Positions 58,501 through 64,000 of a stretch of DNA of 64,000 bases are shown here, in pieces. The notes under the pieces are model-generated. The model saw nothing but the letters and a program-made list of their open reading frames with translations, did not search any database and was not told the DNA's origin. The stretch is from Amoebophrya sp. A120 (Eukaryota; Protista; Dinoflagellata). The translations under genes were made by a program, and so were the position numbers. How positions within the stretch are numbered: the first letter of the stretch is position 1; the number at the start of each line of letters is the position of its first letter. Where the stretch lies: assembly GCA_905178155.1 (NCBI GenBank), contig CAJINV010000004.1, forward strand, positions 4,644,518 through 4,708,517. The letters are read 5' to 3'.

Positions 58501-60688
58501 CGCACAAGAAGAGCAGGAACAGAAAAGGTAGAGGATCAAAGTAGTAGTAAGTGCGACGCTGCTCCTCGTCTAACTATCATGTGGTTATCGTTTATCATGG
58601 TCATCTGGATGAGCGGCTGATATTTCACTGTAGCTGTATATGTATTCTTATCATGAATGTTGATCTGCAGCAGCCAGCAGGACTACATCGGCGATGATAT
58701 TTGAGACCTCTTTGCTTCGTCCTTTTTCTCTGGTCAACATGCGTCACACTGTATACGAATCAATCGCCACAATACAGTACTTATTGTTATTCATTGTTCT
58801 TCAAGTGCCTCCCTTTGTCCACTCTCACAGGTACACCGAGCGCGGGGAGGTTTTGTTCCACGCCACTACACCGCAGGAACTCGAGTTGCACGGCCGCTTG
58901 GGGCTGCTGCAACTGCAGGGCGCTTGGAATAACATAAACATGGCCCTTCTTGGGGAGGTAAATAAAACGAGTTCCCCGACAGCTGCACACCAACATCAAA
59001 CCATTCTGCTTCATTTCGGACACGAAGTTCACGAGGACATGCTTGTTTCCTCCGAAGACGACGACAGCGAGGACAGCAGTACGGAGGAGCTGGAACTTAT
59101 GGGTGTGTCAGGATCGAAATCGTCAAAGTTGAAATAGTTTGTAATGCAGAAAATGCATGGCGCGAGGTACGTGCGTTGCAGAGCAGGCAAGTGAGGCCGA
59201 TTGTAAGCCTGTTTGGGGTTAGAGCTCGAGCTGCTAAAGTAGCATGAGAAAATCAGTCTTATTCGCCTAAACAGCATGACAAACTGGATTTCAGGACCAC
59301 CGAAATTTGTCACGCGCCACTTGGAAACTGGGTTCCAACTGGCATCCATTTTATGCATGACAAACCATTTCAACTTTGTCAATTTCAATCCTGCTAGTTC
59401 CATAGAACTTGGCTATAAACAACCGCAGAGAAGAAAAAGCAGCTCGGAGTTGAAGCAGGAAGTGCTGAAAGACCTGAAAACGGTGAATGTAGGTGACAGG
59501 AGCTCCTTCTCCTCGTCGCAGCATGTAGACCACGAAGGGTCGACGAGCCGCAGCGGTGCAAATGCGATGAACAAGACAAATAGCAAACCCAACTACACTT
59601 CTTCTACCCAAAGTGCTGGTGCGGCCCCCTCCTCGCGACGGATCCTCTCCCGATTAGATTCGGAGGCGATGGGGAACTGTGCGCTGAAGCTCGTAACCAG
59701 TCTCCCGGGCGGGGAGTGGTGCAACGGGGTCTACACCAGAATCGACAATGTCTTACTTCCTTCAGACTCGTCCAATAGAAGTCATGATTTTGTTCTTGAT
59801 GCGCACGCGCGGGAAATTGTGATGCAGAAGAGGCAGGAAGTCCAGACAAACCACGAGAAAGACCCGGAGTTGCACAAGTCGGAATCCTGCCTGCTTTTCG
59901 TTCGAACACACGTGGAGGTCGACGGTTTCATGCACCCGATCCTGAATCACCAAGCGCCGATAGAGATGGTGGGGGAACAGCAGAATCATTTTCCAGATGA
60001 CGTTAAACATCTACACCAACCATCGCAAGCTGACGATCCAGCACCAGGTGGAGAGATGAATTTGGATTATGCAGCACAAGAGGACCTCGCGTACAAGAAA
60101 TCCCAAGTTGAGAGCGCGAAGAGCGACATCTTTTTCCTACACTACAACCCAAACACCTTTGGTGGCAGCTGGGTCGTTTCGTGGAAGGAACATCCGCCAC
60201 CACTGAAAGAGAATCAAAAATCTTCTGGTGTTGCAAATAAGGCGAGAAAAACTTCTTCTTCCCCTGAGAAATCGTCTCCGAGCACCAAGGAAGATGATTT
60301 AGTACCCGACAACTACTATCACAAACCCGTCCGTGGAGGTTCTCCGACGAACCGCACGAAGATAAAGCTGAAACTGAGCAAGGCCGCGGCGGAACAGGTG
60401 AAAGGAAAGAGTGAAAATCCGGGAGCGGTTGACGCGATCGACGATACAGCAGCAGGGGCCGTCGACCACTCTGCTTCGGATATCATCGGTGTCATTCCCG
60501 ACCCATTTCGGTACCACTGGAAGGACCGGAGTTACGAAGGCGATTCGGAGTACGCGGGACACCACTTTTCCTGGGGACACTTCCAGAACACGGAGTTCGA
60601 CCTCTGTCTCGGAATGTTTCTGGACGACAACTACGCTTGGCAGTCTCGGGTGACCGAACTGATCACGCTGCAGCCCTTTATTGCATAG
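55568..60688 (+). CDS. Large hypothetical protein with internally repeated motifs (CNGVY, VIPDP)
   Basis: Exons 55568-55814, 55971-56128, 56318-58527, 58831-59097, 59410-60688 are in frame (3 introners plus GT-AG intron 58528-58830). Confidence 0.75.
55815..55965. mobile_element. Introner family B, reverse orientation
   Basis: TATGCATTGCAAAAGTAACG...CGATACTTTTGCACAGCATA; DR ACTCG/ACTCG. Confidence 0.94.
56129..56312. mobile_element. Degenerate introner
   Basis: TATGCTAGAGTAAAAAAAGCAGC...GCAGCTGATTTTACATGGCATA; weak DR AGCAG/AAAAG; spliced FPKQ|LRYYN is in frame with ORF 56387. Confidence 0.7.
59098..59404. mobile_element. Introner family D
   Basis: TATGGGTGTGTCAGGATCGAAATCG...TTTCAATCCTGCTAGTTCCATA; DR GAACT/GAACT; spliced LEL|GYKQP. 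Confidence 0.95.
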
Positions 60689-61628
60689 GACTTTCTACAA
60701 CTACTTAATACCCGTTGCTGTTTCCAAGAAGAAATTTCGAGCTAGATTACGTGTAAGATGGATACGAAGAATCTTGTCTTGCTACCTGCCTCTACCGCCC
60801 TCGTCCTCCTGTTTCCAAGAACTACAGATGAAAGTAGAAAAGTATAAGTACTGCCAACAAAAAGTAGTGGTGCTGCAAGCTGCTGTACCGGCAGGGGGCT
60901 GCACAGGTGTCGCGCTTTTGCCTGCGATGCCAGCATATACCGCTGACATTCCGATGCTTCCTTTGAGTTCACCTACGTGACTGCTGACACGAAAAGCTTC
61001 GTCTTGATGCTCAATCAAGCCCAACTCAAATAAACTTCGTGACATGGTCAGGCGTCGATCTTCCATCAAGAATATTTAGAAGGGAAAAACCTCGCAGTTC
61101 TACGGTACATCTAAATTGCTCCATCGCGGCTTTCGTCATCGTCAAACGGCTCGGTAGTTCACCTCTCGTGTCATCTGAAGATGAAGACATATGATCATGT
61201 TAGAAAATGTCCCACGACGTTCGTCTGTTTCTGACTCCAACAGTGTAGCTGTACTCGTTCTGGTCGTAAGGATATGAAGCTGCTGTCAACATCAAAGGGC
61301 CTCTAGCAACATCTCCGCCTTGTTGCCATACTTAGAATGAATCGTGAACGCAGTCGTGGTCGTAGCTCATCGTGGTCGTGGTTTATAAGGAACTAAGAAA
61401 TTAGTACGAATAATGGCTGTAGAAGTACTACTGCCATTTCTGACGAATCTATGAAATCCAACTGTCGATACCTGCATGAATTTTTTCATTTTCTTTTTCC
61501 GCGCACGCGCAGCTTTTTTTCTTTGCAATTTCGCTAGTTCGGGGCAAAATAAAAAAAAGATCACAACTCGTAGTTTTTACAGTTGTGCTCCTGTGACGCA
61601 CGTTCTCCTGGCTGCAAAGCTGCTTTCG

Positions 61629-64000
61629 ATGAAGGAAGAATTGTCATTTTCTGAAGTAAGAAGCGGCTGCACAGATCACGTCATGGCGCCATCAAAAATG
61701 CCAGTGAAGATCATGAAGAGTTTATCTGCAGGCCAGCCTGGTGGCTCGTCGTCGTCCTGGGCGTTGAGGTGGACATTTTACAGCCTGGCCACCATTTCCA
61801 CCGGAGGACCTGTCGTCGCATTAGGCTCCTCCGCCCCGACGTCTCAAGCGCAATCTTATCCGCCCCCGAGACGCACCCTCACAGGAGGAGCTGGCGGCGC
61901 TGTGCGAAAACCGCCACCGCCGGGTCGTGACAACAAGCTACAAGCTACAGCTCCAAGTAGACCTACAAGCGCCGTGACAACAACCTACAATCTACCACAG
62001 GAGCAAGTTGTGCTTGATCTGACCACTACCCCCACACCCAGCACCTTTTCATCAACGAGCCAAACGAAAATCGTTCTCCAGAACGACCACGGCCACAACC
62101 ACTCCCGTGCCCTCCAGACCGACAACAGTGCGCGGGGCAGCATCAGTGCCATTTCCGCGCGGTCCTGGGCGATCCGAAACGATGAAGTGATGGAGTACGG
62201 CTGGCGGATCGCGGAGCTGAACTTTTACGAAGACGCCGCCTGCAGCAAGAAACTGGAGCCCGTTCGCAACGTGCAGGGACCCACGGACGTGGACTACGCG
62301 ACCGCGATTTCGTCTTCCATGCGAGTCGTCCCGCCAAACTGCATATGCGTTTTTGCATCCCAAGTATCGTAGTGCTGCTGGTTTTCGCATTTTTACAAAT
62401 TTTCCCAAGAAAGCGAAGGTCAAAGACACAGTTTGAGTTTGTAATGGTGATGCAGGTAAGAACAATGGAATGTTGAGAATTAGTACGACTGCGATACTTC
62501 TTACTTTTGCAAGGGATACTGCCCCGGCTGGAGCCCGAATGTGGAGAACAAAGCGTACGATGTATTCTGTTCAAAAACATCCCCAGTCCAGAGCTGTCAT
62601 GCAGGTTTGTAATCACAGGAATGCTTGTAATGCGCATCCCCATCGAGAGGCGCTTTCCATAGTATTTTGGCATTTGTCATTCTGGAAACAGGATCAGGAG
62701 ATGGATTTGTCATGCGGATGCACTTGCTAACCTGCACTACCATACAGAGAGAAACTTGTCATGCTTGACTCCCGGGGGGGACGGCGTCTTCGGGTTGATC
62801 AATATGATCACCCACGCCCCCCTTGCACAGCATTGTGAATCTAATTGTAATTTGCTTGCTGTTGCTTTGTATGATTTGTATGACTCCTCATTAAAAAGCT
62901 TTTGTATTATTTCGTTTCGTAATTGGCTGCAAAAGAAAAAGATCGTATGGCTTCGTATCGTCAAAGGAAAGGAGAAAAAGCTCGCATTACTTCGTATCGT
63001 ATTGCCTCCGAAGGAGCTTGATCGCAAATTCGTACGCTCCTCATGCTGAAAGGTCCGATCTTCCCTGCTGCTCCCTCCCGCGTTCCCACGTAGATATAGG
63101 TCTCTACCCTTTTACTTCCTCCTTGTCGTCTCGCTTACTTCTGGAATCCTTGTAGCGCTAGGTAGCGGATCCCGCATGGCTTGCAGGGGCAGTTGTTTCT
63201 TTTTTTTCCGTCTTGCCAGCGGGCTGATCGGGGTGGGCAGATAGATGCTAACTATAGTATACATGGTCGCCATTTGCATTTACTTTACGTTTACGGCCAT
63301 ACCTTCACAGCTTGCCGGTGCTAATTACATAGTTTTCTCTCTCGAGGCCTTCTCTCCTCGTTCCTCATTTTCTCCTTTCCCTTAACTTTTCGCTGGTCTA
63401 TCAATTATCCGGCCTTCACCCCGGGTCCCAGCTGTTCGCGTTTTTCCTCCCGGCTGCTGTGCTCCTGTGTACCAATGTTATTTATCGTTTGGGCCTTCGC
63501 TCCCGCTTTTCTAGCTATTTTACTGTACTTACTACATCCGTGTTTAAGCTCCTGTCTACCTACACACACTTTTCAACCCTTCGGGGGGGAGGCCTTCATC
63601 CCTCCTTACATATCTTCTTGTTTCTTTCTTCTTGTTTCCGTCGGTCGCGCATGTGCGATGTTACCTGCTCGGAGTCTTTTGTTTTCCATGCGACTCCGCA
63701 GCCTCCTTGCACAGGTTTGTCATGATTGTCTCTTCAAGTCTGATGACTTGATTTGGTGCACGCACATTCGAGATCGGTGGGGCGAGGGAGGGACTCAAGC
63801 CAAAAAAAAAAATTCACCTGATACACAATGTCCCGCCCGTAGTAGCACAGTCTGTTTATGTCATGCTTGACTCCCAAAACTTCTGGACTTGTGTTGCAGA
63901 CTTCCCAACTTGATCAGGGGTGGGGACGTTTTTACACAGGATGCGACGGCATGCAAAACACGTTTTGGCAGTCGCGGTGCTGCCCCTGCCGGCGGTGGGA
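61629..64000 (+). CDS. 5' part of a putative secreted protein with an F5/8-type (discoidin/galactose-binding-like) domain
   Basis: Exons 61629 (or 61683)-62343, 62524-62562, 63949-64000+. Spliced WRIAELNFYEDAAC...PPNC|TGWSPNVENKAYD|GMQNTFWQSRC contains an AxDG...TxW motif. Runs off the window. Confidence 0.7.
62344..62518. mobile_element. Introner family B, reverse orientation, degenerate
   Basis: TATGCGTTTTTGCA...AAGTATCG ... CGATACTT...TTTTGCAAGGGATA; DR CTGCA/CTGCC. Confidence 0.85.
62563..63943. mobile_element. Introner family E (reverse orientation) expanded by a nested insertion
   Basis: TATTCTGTTCAAAAACATCCCCA...TGGGGACGTTTTTACACAGGATG; DR CGATG/CGACG. Without the nested insert it is 279 bp, the same length as 13128-13406. 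Confidence 0.92.
62774..63858. mobile_element. Nested 1085-bp insertion of unknown class with a 17-bp target-site duplication
   Basis: Perfect direct repeat TGTCATGCTTGACTCCC at 62757-62773 and 63859-63875; no TIRs; no convincing ORF. Confidence 0.85.

Noticed and set aside
144-59404. Recurring ORF-track peptides ([34 protein letters not shown]) as a protein repeat family or CRISPR
   Set aside because: They are read-through translations of introner TIRs. The repeats are dispersed and inverted, with no repeat-spacer array or cas genes.
63727-63752. CTGATGA as a hammerhead ribozyme core in the nested insert
   Set aside because: It lies in a simple CAAGTC-TGAT-GACTTG hairpin with no suitably placed GAAA.

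Overview
This is eukaryotic, gene-dense DNA with about 14 protein-coding genes, all on the + strand. The architecture best fits a Syndiniales dinoflagellate such as Amoebophrya (inference). The dominant signal is 37 short elements, mostly 144-314 bp, in at least 8 sequence families. Each interrupts a coding exon, has terminal inverted repeats almost always starting TAT and ending ATA, and is flanked by a 5-nt direct repeat (DR). Removing the element plus one DR copy restores the reading frame in every case, including inside recognisable domains (ArsM, TPR, syntaxin, TSP1, PAN). They therefore behave as non-GT-AG, MITE-like 'introner' introns, inserted in either orientation. About 14 ordinary GT-AG introns coexist with them. 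After in-silico splicing, the arsenite methyltransferase has an in-frame TGA at a catalytic Cys position (predicted selenocysteine). One introner carries a nested 1.1-kb insertion with a 17-bp target duplication. All coordinates and splices were derived by hand, with no transcript evidence. I recognised no RNA genes, transposase or spliced-leader gene.
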